A stretch of DNA of 64,000 bases from Thermoplasmatota archaeon. GTDB taxonomy: Archaea > Thermoplasmatota > Thermoplasmata > UBA10834. The translations under genes and the position numbers were made by a program. Within the stretch, counting starts at the first letter, position 1. Every line of letters starts with the position of its first letter. Below are positions 1 to 9,230 of this stretch, in pieces. The notes beneath the pieces are model-generated. The model worked only from the letters and a program-made list of their open reading frames with translations, made no database searches and was not told where the DNA came from. The stretch lies in assembly GCA_040751795.1 (NCBI GenBank), contig JBFMHR010000002.1, positions 320,001 to 384,000 of the forward strand, in the 5' to 3' direction.

Positions 1-2
1 GC

Positions 3-1391
3 GGTCCTCATGGCCCTCCTGATGTGGTCGGCCTCGATGTAGCGGGCCTTCTCGCCCGTGGCGAGGTCCCCGGCGGCCCTGATGAGGCCTCCCAGCTCCC
101 TCAGCCTGAGGGTCAGGGACTTGTCCTTGTTGTCGACCACCTTCGCCCTCTTCCTCGCCTCCTCGACTATGAGGCCGACCGCCTCCCTGGTCGCGTGGGG
201 GATCTTCCCGTCCATCACGATCTCCTGGGCGACGAACTGGATGAGCTTCGTCCGGTTCTCGGGGGTGTCGGGCATGACCGTCTCCACGAGCACCTCGTAC
301 CCCCCGCCGTTGATCCTCGACCTCAGCGGGGACAGTATCTGGGGGAGGTCCTGGATGTTGCACGCCCCCACGAATATGAAGTCGCACGGGACGCTGTCCA
401 CCCGGACGCTCGCGCCAGCGCTCTGCGGGTTGCGCCCGGAGATCGGGAACCTCTTCTCCTGCATCGCGGTGAGTATGAACCTCTGCATGTGGCCGAGGTG
501 GGGCAGCTCGTCGACGAAGAGGACGCCCTGGTGGGCGCTGTGTATGGCGCCTGCAATGACCCGGTCGTAGGGCTGCGTCCCCAGCTGCGGGTGCCCGCCG
601 TACGGGTCGTGCCTCACGTCCCCCAGCAGCTCGGTCTCGCTCGCGCCCGTGGCGAGTACGAACGGGTTCCGCCTCAGCGGGACGATGACCTTCCTGGGGC
701 TCTCCTTCTCGAACTCGCGCCTCTTCTCGAGCGCGGCCTGGTCCAGGACGCTGATCATGTCGCCCGCGCGCTCGAAGACGACGACCTCCTCCTTCCCGAA
801 CCTCTTCCTGGTGGTCGTCACGCGCTCCCTGCCGGCCATCTGGCCCATGGTGACCTCCATCAGCCCGCCGAGGATGTCCCCGAACGGGTTGTTGGTCGTG
901 GACCTGATCTGCGCGAGCTTGGCCCTGGAGCAGTTGGGGCAGAAGCTCTCCCTCGGGGGCGAGTACGCCCCGCAGCTCGAGCACCTGTAGCCGAGCCTCT
1001 CGGCCACGTTCACGGGGGCCTCCTTGGGGTCGATGTACTCCCCCTCGGCGAAGCCCCTGGACTCGAGCTCCCTCTCGACCTCGCTGTCGGTCTTGAGCTC
1101 CACCATGGGCCTCTCCGGGTTCTCCGGGTTGTGGACGACCCTGATCTCCTCCGTCGGCCGGGCGAGGTGCAGCGCCAGCGCCTGGGCTATCATCGACTTG
1201 CCTGTCCCGGGCGGGCCCACCAGGAGGAGGTGCCTCCTCTGCGAGGCGGCTATCCTGGCCAGCCTCACGGCCTCGTCCTGTCCGATGACCCTCTCGAGGG
1301 GGTCCTGCGCTATGCGGACGTCCTCGGTCGTCTCGACTTCGTCGAGGGGGTTCCGCCCCTTCTCGCTCCCTTCAAGGTCATCGGTCATCAT
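3..1391 (-). CDS. LonB-related AAA+ ATPase with Zn-ribbon insertion (partial, runs off the window start)
   Basis: Absent from the ORF track because it has no stop in the window. Manual translation from ATG 1391 gives DPLERVIGQDEA, Walker A GPPGTGKS, CSSC...CPNC, LLGDVRHDPY, Walker B GVLFVDE and PLRSRI, all LonB-type ATPase motifs. Confidence 0.85.
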   Translation of the reverse strand, partial: MMTDDLEGSEKGRNPLDEVETTEDVRIAQDPLERVIGQDEAVRLARIAASQRRHLLLVGPPGTGKSMIAQALALHLARPTEEIRVVHNPENPERPMVELKTDSEVERELESRGFAEGEYIDPKEAPVNVAERLGYRCSSCGAYSPPRESFCPNCSRAKLAQIRSTTNNPFGDILGGLMEVTMGQMAGRERVTTTRKRFGKEEVVVFERAGDMISVLDQAALEKRREFEKESPRKVIVPLRRNPFVLATGASETELLGDVRHDPYGGHPQLGTQPYDRVIAGAIHSAHQGVLFVDELPHLGHMQRFILTAMQEKRFPISGRNPQSAGASVRVDSVPCDFIFVGACNIQDLPQILSPLRSRINGGGYEVLVETVMPDTPENRTKLIQFVAQEIVMDGKIPHATREAVGLIVEEARKRAKVVDNKDKSLTLRLRELGGLIRAAGDLATGEKARYIEADHIRRAMRT

Positions 1392-1401
1392 GCCCACGCG
1401 C

Positions 1402-2703
1402 TCAGCTGAGGTCGTCCTTCGTCAAGATCTCCACGTTCGTCGGGAGCTTGGCGATGTTCCCCAGCTTGACACCTACCACCGAAGTGATATTCTTTTCCAC
1501 GGCGAGGTCGAGGACCCTCTGCGTGATTATCCCGTCCAACACGACGGCCTTCACGCCCTCGGCCCCCTCCTTGAGGGTGTCGGCGAGCTTGCTGACATGC
1601 ACTTCCTTGAGCACGTTGCCGCTCTCGTTCAGGAGCTTGGCCTTCGAGGTGTTGTTCAGGTCCTCGAGGACGCCCCTGTAGCGGGACTGCTCGGGCGAGA
1701 GCTTCGGCGCAGGGGGCGGGGGCGGCGGGAGCGGGGCGGCCGGCTCGTGCCTCCTCTGGTCCCTGCCTCCCCGGTCCCTGTCCCTGTCGTCGTCGCGCCT
1801 GCCGCGGCCCCTGTCGCCGCGGCCCTCGTCCTGCCTGCCCCCTTTCTCACCATTCGAGCGCTGCGGGGTGCTTATGTTGAACATTTCTGCGAACTGGTCC
1901 GCGGGGACCTTGTTCCTCAGGCACTTGACGATCTGCTTCTGCGTGAGCTCCTCGACCTCCTGGGCCGCCGGCGCGCGCGCGACGAAGTCTATCTCCGCCA
2001 CCTCGAGCAGCTCCCTCACTATGAGCTCGCCGCCCCTGTCGCCGTCGACGAAGGCCGTGACGACCTTCTCCCTCGCGAGGTCTATGATCGTCTGGGGCAC
2101 GTTCGTGCCCTCGACCGCTATGGTGTTCTTGATGCCGTACTTGAGCAGGTTCAGCACGTCCGACCTGCCCTCGACGACTATTATCGCGTCGGAGTCCTGG
2201 ATGTTCGGGCCCGCGGGCAGCCTCTCCTTGCCGAAGTGCACGACCTCCTCCATCTGGAAGGACTGGCGCACCGAGTCGGTCAGGTCGCCGCCGCTCGTCT
2301 TCGAGGCCTTCATCAGCTCGTTGAGGAGGATCTTGGCCCTCTCTATGATCTTGTTCCTCTTCGACACCCTGACGTCCTCGATCTTCTCGATGTTTATGCG
2401 CGCCTTGCACGGCCCGACCCTGTCTATGGTCTCGAGGGCGGACGCGAGTATGGCGGTCTCGACCTGGTCCAGGCTGGAGGGCACGTACACGAGGCCCTCC
2501 GACTTGCCCTTGCTCGAGCTGACCTCCACCTCTATCCTCCCTATGCGGCCGCTCTTCTGCAGGTCCCTCAGGTCCAGCTCGTCGCCGAGCAGGCCCTCGG
2601 TCTGTCCGAAGATGGCGCCGACGATGTCGGGCTTCTCCACAATCCCGTCAGTTGACAATCTCGCCGAAATCAGGTACTTGGTTGTACTCGGATCTATGTC
2701 CAT
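1402..2703 (-). CDS. dnaG: Archaeal DnaG (Toprim primase-like, exosome-associated)
   Basis: N-terminal GIVEKPDIVGAIFGQTEGLLG, Toprim IIVVEGRSDV and FVDGDRGG. Confidence 0.95.
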   Translation of the reverse strand: MDIDPSTTKYLISARLSTDGIVEKPDIVGAIFGQTEGLLGDELDLRDLQKSGRIGRIEVEVSSSKGKSEGLVYVPSSLDQVETAILASALETIDRVGPCKARINIEKIEDVRVSKRNKIIERAKILLNELMKASKTSGGDLTDSVRQSFQMEEVVHFGKERLPAGPNIQDSDAIIVVEGRSDVLNLLKYGIKNTIAVEGTNVPQTIIDLAREKVVTAFVDGDRGGELIVRELLEVAEIDFVARAPAAQEVEELTQKQIVKCLRNKVPADQFAEMFNISTPQRSNGEKGGRQDEGRGDRGRGRRDDDRDRDRGGRDQRRHEPAAPLPPPPPPAPKLSPEQSRYRGVLEDLNNTSKAKLLNESGNVLKEVHVSKLADTLKEGAEGVKAVVLDGIITQRVLDLAVEKNITSVVGVKLGNIAKLPTNVEILTKDDLS

Positions 2704-2997
2704 TCTCTCTCACCCTGTTGGTGTCTGAAAAACAGCTCTTCGCCTTCCGCTGTCCTCTCTCGCCCTGCCCTCTCGGGGCCGCGCAGGCTCAGCGGGCTTT
2801 GACAAACATCTGGGCTGTTGCGGCCGACACGCGCCTGTTCGGCGCTGCGTCCGCGGTGATATTCATACGGTCAAGCGTGATGATGTCAATGTTGGGGTTT
2901 GCGCTGTTCTTCGGCACTACTAATGCGCCCATTGATAAATAGTTTTGCATGGTCCGTATAAAATTCGTCCACCCCCCCTGGCGGGCATACTGGCGCC

Positions 2998-3207
2998 TCA
3001 CCCGCCCGATACCACGGATATGAGCTTGACGTCGTCCCCGTCGCCCAGTGGCTCGTCCGCGGGGACGGGCCTCCCGCCCCTCACCGCGATCCACCCGTCC
3101 GGGAGGTACGAGAGGGCCCTCACGAGGTCCTCGACCGTGCTCCCGTCGGGCAGCTCGACCGAAACGGTCTCCTTCTTCGTGGGCAGGATGGTCGCCGTGA
3201 CCCTCAT
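2998..3207 (-). CDS. MoaD/ThiS-family ubiquitin-like protein (SAMP-like)
   Basis: 69 aa beta-grasp-type sequence ending VVSGG (C-terminal diglycine). Confidence 0.85.
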   Translation of the reverse strand: MRVTATILPTKKETVSVELPDGSTVEDLVRALSYLPDGWIAVRGGRPVPADEPLGDGDDVKLISVVSGG

Positions 3208-3242
3208 CGCGGACAGAGTAGGCGGGCCCGGCACTTAATCCT

Positions 3243-4055
3243 TCAGCCCCGCCCCGGGCCCTGGAGGCCGTAGGCCGCCACGGCCTGGGCGAACCGCTCC
3301 CTCTCCCCGACGTCGCCGAGGAGGAGGTGCCTGCTCTGACGGAACATGCCGAAGGGGGGGTTGCTGAGGGCGACCCGGAGCACCCTCCCCTTCATCTCGA
3401 GCGCGGAGAGCTCCGAGCGTTTGAACGAGAATGTCATCCCCGCCGCTGGCGAGCGGATGACCATGCCGTCCCTCGAGAGGATGACATCGGTCTGGGCCTT
3501 CCTTGCCGTGAGGCCGATGATTGCGAGCATGCCTGCTCCCATGGCTGCGGGGAGGAGCCATCCCAGGTCGGGGCCCCCGTCGTAGAAGAGCGCCGCCATC
3601 ACCAGGAAGCCGGCCCCCATGAGCGCGAAGCCCGAGAGCGCCACCACCCCCGCCAGGCCTATCGACCTGGCCGAGGCGACGACCTCCTCAGGCGCGAAAG
3701 GCATCCCGACGGAGATGTGGCGCCTCAGCACGTCCGTGCCGCCCCGGCTCTTTTGCCTCCTCAGGAAGACCAGCATGGCTGTCGCAGCCACGATGCACGC
3801 CACGCCCAATGCGATGTCCAGGCCGCTCGCTTCGCCTGTCGCAATCTCGACCAGCTGGAGGGCCCCCAGGATCAGCGCGAAGATAACCCCTGACCTGAGG
3901 AACCGCCCACTCAGAACCTTGTCCAGCTCTGGCGGGAGCTGCTCGGGCATTGCCTCCTTCCTCTCGACGGGAGCGAACTCCTTCATCTGCGATGCGCAGC
4001 TCCCGCAGTACAGCCCTTCTTCCGTGTTCTCGGCCCCGCAGTTCGGACACTTCAA
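3243..4055 (-). CDS. Zinc-ribbon membrane protein
   Basis: KCPNCG..YCGSC at the N-terminus, then about four hydrophobic helices. TTG start is inferred. Confidence 0.7.
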   Translation of the reverse strand: MKCPNCGAENTEEGLYCGSCASQMKEFAPVERKEAMPEQLPPELDKVLSGRFLRSGVIFALILGALQLVEIATGEASGLDIALGVACIVAATAMLVFLRRQKSRGGTDVLRRHISVGMPFAPEEVVASARSIGLAGVVALSGFALMGAGFLVMAALFYDGGPDLGWLLPAAMGAGMLAIIGLTARKAQTDVILSRDGMVIRSPAAGMTFSFKRSELSALEMKGRVLRVALSNPPFGMFRQSRHLLLGDVGERERFAQAVAAYGLQGPGRG

Positions 4056-4174
4056 ACCGATTCCCCCTGCTGTTGGGCAACCACGCGCCCACACAAGAAC
4101 CCTGCGCAGGGATGCCCCATCATTGAAAACACCAAATACCAGAGCCGTAATGCATGAGGCACGGTCCGCGGGAT

Positions 4175-4264
4175 GCCGAGGTAGCTAAGCCCGGTTTAAG
4201 GCGGTAGCCTCGAGAGCTACTGGTGCTTGTCACCACGGGAGTTCAAATCTCCCCCTCGGCGCCA
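4175..4264 (+). tRNA. tRNA-Ser(CGA)
   Basis: Acceptor stem GCCGAGG/CCTCGGC, anticodon arm GTAGC-CTCGAGA-GCTAC, long variable arm, T-loop GTTCAAATC, encoded GCCA end. Confidence 0.97.
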
Positions 4265-4302
4265 TATCGGCCCGTCAGTCGGGAGCATCGTGGGGGTGCG
4301 GC

Positions 4303-5463
4303 TTGCAGAGGTCCAAGGAGATTATAGTCTACGTGGCCGGGTTCACCGGCCCCCTCGCGGGGAACCTGGTCCTCTCCCTCCTGGGCACCCTGGGCGACGC
4401 GTGGGGCGTCGACCCCGTGGACATCCTCCTCTCCATCCCGGCCTTCATGTTCCCCTTCGCCATCATGCAGCTCTTCTCGGGGACCATCTCCGACGCGTAC
4501 GACCGCCGGACGGTCCTCCTGTTCGGCCTGGGGACCTACGCGGCGGGCTCCGCGCTGGCCGCGCTGTGCACATCCCTCGAGCTCTTCATGCTCACCAGGG
4601 TCGTCCAGGGGATCGGCTACGCCTTCGTGAACCCCGTCCTGGTCGCCCTCCTGTCAGAGATAGCGGGGCCCGAGAGGCAGGGCACCTCCATGGGCTACTT
4701 CGGCAGCTCCACGACAGCGGGGGCGTCGGTAGGCCCGCTGCTCGGCGGCGCCTTCGCGGGCATCGACTGGAGGCTGGCGTTCCTGGCCGTGACGGCCCTC
4801 GCGGCGGCGATGTTCTTCGCCGTGTGGTCCGCGTTCAAGGGCGAGGGCCGGGGCTCCGGGAAGGTCTCCGTCGGCACTGTGAGGCACAGCCTCGGGGCGG
4901 CCTTCAGGGACCGGCACATAATGCGCCTCTCCGGGGCGGGCTTCCTCGCCTTCATGGCGTTCGCCGGGGTCATCTCGTTCGTGTCCGAGCACCTGGAGAC
5001 GGGCCCCCTCGCCATGTCGCCGGAGGAGATAGGGATCGCCCTGTCCCTATCGGGGGTCGTGGGCATCTTCTTCGCCCCGCTGGCAGGGAGGATGGTCGAC
5101 AGGAGGGGCCCGAGGTGCTGCGTCGCGGTCGGCTTCTCCCTCGGGGCCCTCGCAGCCTTCTCCATGCAGTGGGCCGACTCCTACTACGTGTTCATCGGGC
5201 TCCTCATCCTCTCGGGCATGGGCGGGTCCTTCGTGTGGTCCTCCCTGCTGACAATGGCCGTCGCCGTGCCGCCCCGGATTAAAGGCACCTCCTCGTCCGT
5301 GTTCAACAGCCTGAGGTTCCTCGGCTTCGCCCTGTCGCCGGTCGTGCTAACGCCCCTGTACCTCACCTGGGGCTTCGACCAGGTGATGCTCACCTGCGCC
5401 TGCCTGGGCCTCGTCGGCCTGGCGCTGGCTGCGGTGCCCAGGTTCCAGAGGGCGCAGGGGTAG
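4303..5463 (+). CDS. MFS transporter (drug:H+ antiporter-like)
   Basis: About 12 TM helices. Motif A GTISDAYDRR is repeated as GRMVDRRGPR. Confidence 0.9.
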   Translation: MQRSKEIIVYVAGFTGPLAGNLVLSLLGTLGDAWGVDPVDILLSIPAFMFPFAIMQLFSGTISDAYDRRTVLLFGLGTYAAGSALAALCTSLELFMLTRVVQGIGYAFVNPVLVALLSEIAGPERQGTSMGYFGSSTTAGASVGPLLGGAFAGIDWRLAFLAVTALAAAMFFAVWSAFKGEGRGSGKVSVGTVRHSLGAAFRDRHIMRLSGAGFLAFMAFAGVISFVSEHLETGPLAMSPEEIGIALSLSGVVGIFFAPLAGRMVDRRGPRCCVAVGFSLGALAAFSMQWADSYYVFIGLLILSGMGGSFVWSSLLTMAVAVPPRIKGTSSSVFNSLRFLGFALSPVVLTPLYLTWGFDQVMLTCACLGLVGLALAAVPRFQRAQG

Positions 5464-5497
5464 GGTTAATTACGGGCGGGTAGATTCGCACCCGTCC

Positions 5498-6724
5498 ATG
5501 AAAGAGAAGAAGATGCTCATGGTCGTGTGCGACGGCCTCTCGGACCGCCCGGCCAAGGAGTTCGACAGGAGGACGCCGCTCCAGGCCGCCAGGAAGCCCG
5601 CCATGGACGCCATATCCAGGCACGGCGTCAACGGCGTCATGGACGTCATCGCCCCCGGCGTCGTCCCGGGAAGCGACACCGCGCACCTGGCCCTCTTCGG
5701 GTACGACCCCTACAAGGCCTACTCGGGCAGGGGGCCGATCGAGGCCGCGGGCGCCGGGCTGGAGGTCAGGAAGGGCGATGTCGCCTTCAGGTGCAACTTC
5801 GCCACCGTGGACGGCTCGATGACCGTCACCGACCGGAGGGCAGGCAGGATCAAGTCCGGCACGGCCGAGCTGGCGAAGGCTCTGTCCGGGATGGAGATCG
5901 GGGACGTCCAGGTCATGTTCAAGGAGGGGTCGGAGCACAGGGGCGTGCTCCTGCTGAGGGGCCCGGGGCTGGACCCCAGGGTCACCGACGCGGACCCGCA
6001 CCACGAGGGGAAGGTGCTGGAATCGAAGGCCCTCGTGCCCGAGGCGGAGAAGACCGCCAGGGCCGTCAACGAGTTCGTGAAGGCATCTTACGAGGTCATG
6101 TCAAGGTCGCCGGTGAACGCCGAGAGGAAGGCCGCTGGCCTGCCCCTGGCGAACATAGTGCTCCCGAGGGGCGCTGGCTCCCTGGGCGAGCTCGTCCCGA
6201 TGCCGACCATGTACGGCACGAAATGCGCGGCCGTCGCGGGCGTCACCCTGGTCAAGGGGATATGCAGCCTCGTCGGGATGGACGTGCTGGACGTGCCCGG
6301 TGCGACGGGCGGGCTCGACACCGACTACCGGGCGAAGGGGGAGGCAGCGATGAGGGCCCTGGACTCCCACGACTTCGTCTTCATGAACGTCAAGGCGTGC
6401 GACATCGCCGGCCACGACGGCGACTTCAGGCTCAAGGTGCAGGTCATAGAGAGCATCGACTCGATGCTGGAGGGGATGCTCAAGGACATGCACGAGGACG
6501 TGGTCGTCGTGCTGACGGCGGACCACTCGACCCCGGTCAGCGTCCGCGACCACAGCGCGGACCCGGTGCCGGTGGCGATATCCGGAGGCGGCGCGAGGAT
6601 AGACCACGTCAGGGAATTCGACGAGATGTCCGCCGCGTCGGGCGCGCTGGGCAGGATCAGGGGGAAGGACCTGATGCCCACGGTCATGGGGATGGCCGAC
6701 AGGGCCAAGAAGTTCGGGGCCTGA
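5498..6724 (+). CDS. apgM: 2,3-bisphosphoglycerate-independent phosphoglycerate mutase (archaeal type)
   Basis: DGLSDRP, PGSDTAH, GRGPIEA, DIAGHDG and TADHSTP motifs. Confidence 0.93.
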   Translation: MKEKKMLMVVCDGLSDRPAKEFDRRTPLQAARKPAMDAISRHGVNGVMDVIAPGVVPGSDTAHLALFGYDPYKAYSGRGPIEAAGAGLEVRKGDVAFRCNFATVDGSMTVTDRRAGRIKSGTAELAKALSGMEIGDVQVMFKEGSEHRGVLLLRGPGLDPRVTDADPHHEGKVLESKALVPEAEKTARAVNEFVKASYEVMSRSPVNAERKAAGLPLANIVLPRGAGSLGELVPMPTMYGTKCAAVAGVTLVKGICSLVGMDVLDVPGATGGLDTDYRAKGEAAMRALDSHDFVFMNVKACDIAGHDGDFRLKVQVIESIDSMLEGMLKDMHEDVVVVLTADHSTPVSVRDHSADPVPVAISGGGARIDHVREFDEMSAASGALGRIRGKDLMPTVMGMADRAKKFGA

Positions 6725-6728
6725 GGCC

Positions 6729-7010
6729 CTACTGCTCCGCCAGAACGGCGTTGATCATTTCGGCCTTCACGTGGCCGACGACCTTGACCGTGGCCTTCTT
6801 CGTCTTCGGTATCCCGAGGAGCCTGCGCTTGATGTTGGTCGAGAGGTGGACCCCCAGGGGGCAGAACTGCGAGGTGGGCCTGAAGGTCAGGCTGACGCTG
6901 TCCCTGGTGACCTTGAGCTCGGAAATGAGCCCCATGTCGTACACGTTGATCTGGCTGTGAGGGTCGACTACCTCCCTCAGCGCTTCAACGACCTGCTTCT
7001 CCGTCGGCAT
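6729..7010 (-). CDS. DUF59/SufT-like metal-sulfur cluster assembly protein
   Basis: LREVVDP..INVYDMGLI and PTSQFCP motifs. Confidence 0.85.
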   Translation of the reverse strand: MPTEKQVVEALREVVDPHSQINVYDMGLISELKVTRDSVSLTFRPTSQFCPLGVHLSTNIKRRLLGIPKTKKATVKVVGHVKAEMINAVLAEQ

Positions 7011-7120
7011 CGATGTTCCCCCGGGTGCGTCCCAGTCCCACCGCGATTGTCAGACCCTTGCTTTAAACTGTTGACTATGTGGTTCGGTGCCGGGGCGGCG
7101 ACCCGACCGCCCCCGTCCCC

Positions 7121-7762
7121 TCATATCGAGTGTCTCTGCTTCTTGAAGTAGTCCATCACTATCTTGCGCTGCCCCTTGCGCAGTATCTCGGAGAGGGTCG
7201 AGGGCGACACGTCGAACATCCTCGCCAGCTCCCTCAGGCTTATGCGCTTCGGGTAGTCGAAGTACCCCCTGTCGAAGGCCACCTGGGTGATCTTGTCCTG
7301 CCTCTCGGTGAGGGTCTCCTTGTCGTCTATCTTCGTGAGCTTCACGAGCTGGGCGTCCACGCTCTTCTCCTGGAGGTGGTCGAATATGTCCTTGAGGATC
7401 TTCTTCTCGCTCAGGATGATGGTCCACTCGACCTTCCCGTCGCTCTTCGACTGGGCGGATATCAGGAACACGTCGGAGTCGGTGAGTATCCTGCAGATGT
7501 CGCAGCGGGTGGTGGTTATGGCGCTCAGGACCTTCCCCTTCTCCGTGACGGTGGTATCGACCTTGGCCACGAGGGGGTTCTTCCTGATCGTCTCGAGCAC
7601 CTCGTCCATCTGGTCGGCCGGCGCCTGTATCTCGACGAGGTCCTTGACCCCCTTGTCCGAGTAGGGCATCCGGTCGATGACCTTGATGGTCGCCGGGTAC
7701 TTGGCCGAGACGTCGCTCATCCAGTTGTCGGGGATCTTGAGCGATAGAACTGCCTCCATCAT
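7121..7762 (-). CDS. HTH-10 (bacterio-opsin activator-type) transcription regulator
   Basis: C-terminal LTERQ..AFDRGYFDYPKRISLRELA..SPSTLSEILRKG. Confidence 0.9.
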   Translation of the reverse strand: MMEAVLSLKIPDNWMSDVSAKYPATIKVIDRMPYSDKGVKDLVEIQAPADQMDEVLETIRKNPLVAKVDTTVTEKGKVLSAITTTRCDICRILTDSDVFLISAQSKSDGKVEWTIILSEKKILKDIFDHLQEKSVDAQLVKLTKIDDKETLTERQDKITQVAFDRGYFDYPKRISLRELARMFDVSPSTLSEILRKGQRKIVMDYFKKQRHSI

Positions 7763-7914
7763 GAGCTCTCTAATCCTCCTGCGAGAAAGCCTCTACGCCC
7801 CTCTGTGGGTTGAAACGCCTCATGCGTATATCTAGTTTCACCACTGGGCTTCGAACCATTTTCAGTCTGGTGGCCGGTCACCTTATTAACGGCGGCGCCG
7901 ATTGAGACGTCCGG

Positions 7915-9228
7915 ATGGACCTCTCCCAGTTCTCCAGGTCATCGGCGATGGTCGACTCCTCGGCCATGTTCGACGAGATGATGTCCTCCGAGGGGGTGTC
8001 GGCGAGGTCATCGAGGTGCGCCTTCTGCAAGGGCTCCAAGATGCTCTGCGGGAAGGACAGGTGCCCCGTCCTCGCCAGGTTCTACTCGACCTCCAGGGTC
8101 AGGGCCATGACCGACCGCATGGACATGGACGGCGCCTCGCCCCCCAGCGTGTTCGTAGGCCAGTACGGGTACCCGAAGGTGTTCGTGGGGCCCATGATCC
8201 CGCCCTACCACGGGGACACCTCCCTGATGGACACCCCCGAGCGGTGGGTCGGGCTGCCCATAGACGACATCATAGAGTTCAGGTCCAGCATGGTCCGGGG
8301 GATGCACACCGTCGAGGTCACGGACGTCGAGGCGCCGGACAGGATCGTCGAGAGGACCAGGGAGCTGGCCCTCGCCAGGACGCCCCCCGAGGCCTTCGCC
8401 GAGTTCACCAAGAAGCCGGTCGGGAGGCTGACGGTCGACGGCGACGCGGAGCCCTTCGGCCCCTCGGCCCCGCTGCGCAAGTTCGACATATCCAACGTGA
8501 GGTTCGACCAGAGGCTGGAGAAGGCGTTCTACGACACCGACCTCCTCGCCAAGGACGCGGTCGTCTCCCTGTACGGCGGCGGGGCCCTCATCTCCGGCAT
8601 CCAGAGGGCGTTCAGCGTCGGCGCGTTCGGCGTCGGCCGTAGGAGGAGATTCGTCCCCACGAGGTGGAGCATCACCGCCGTGGACAGCCTCCTGGGCCTC
8701 CACATGCTGGAGACGACCAAGACCTTCCCCTCCATATCCGAGTACAGGGTGTACGAGACCGTGAGCCTGGACAACAGGTGGGCCATACTCATGATGCCCT
8801 CCACCTGGCGGTACGAGCTCATAGAGGCCTGGTACCCCAAGACCGCGTGGAACCCCCACAGCGACAGGATCGCCATCATGGGCGACCACGAGTTCTTCGA
8901 CGGGAGGACCACCTACGCCTCCATAGGCGGGTGCTACTACTCCGCGAGGATGGCCGTGAACGAGCTCCTCCAGAGGGAGAGGCGGCAGGCGGGGGTGTGC
9001 ATCATGAGGGAGTCGCACCCTGGCTACATCCTCCCCGTGGGCGTCTGGAACGTCAGGGAGAACGTGAGGGCGGCCCTCAGGACCAAGCCCTGGACCTTCA
9101 GGACCCTCCATGAGGCCCTCACCCACGTCTCCGGGGTGATGGACATCCCCATCTCGAGGTGGGTCAAGAACAGCGCCGTGCTCAAGGACGCCCTCTACCA
9201 GAGGCGCATAGACGACGGGTGGGCGTGA
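7915..9228 (+). CDS. nreA: Nre-family DNA repair protein
   Basis: CxxCKG..LCG..RCP Zn motif, SPPSVFVG, VPTRWSITAVD, GGCYYSAR and a C-terminal PIP-like QRRIDDGW. Confidence 0.88.
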   Translation: MDLSQFSRSSAMVDSSAMFDEMMSSEGVSARSSRCAFCKGSKMLCGKDRCPVLARFYSTSRVRAMTDRMDMDGASPPSVFVGQYGYPKVFVGPMIPPYHGDTSLMDTPERWVGLPIDDIIEFRSSMVRGMHTVEVTDVEAPDRIVERTRELALARTPPEAFAEFTKKPVGRLTVDGDAEPFGPSAPLRKFDISNVRFDQRLEKAFYDTDLLAKDAVVSLYGGGALISGIQRAFSVGAFGVGRRRRFVPTRWSITAVDSLLGLHMLETTKTFPSISEYRVYETVSLDNRWAILMMPSTWRYELIEAWYPKTAWNPHSDRIAIMGDHEFFDGRTTYASIGGCYYSARMAVNELLQRERRQAGVCIMRESHPGYILPVGVWNVRENVRAALRTKPWTFRTLHEALTHVSGVMDIPISRWVKNSAVLKDALYQRRIDDGWA

Positions 9229-9230
9229 GT

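Noticed and set aside
24-2655. Long + strand ORFs (24-1409, 1024-2655) and similar long ORFs elsewhere (24635-27400, 26116-28869, 40239-42659)
   Set aside because: These are antisense or alternate-frame shadows of real genes caused by high GC3, with no family motifs.
7811-7840. TGAAAC...GTTTCA inverted repeat around the HTH-10 gene promoter
   Set aside because: Only 6 bp; at most an ordinary autoregulatory site and too weak to call.
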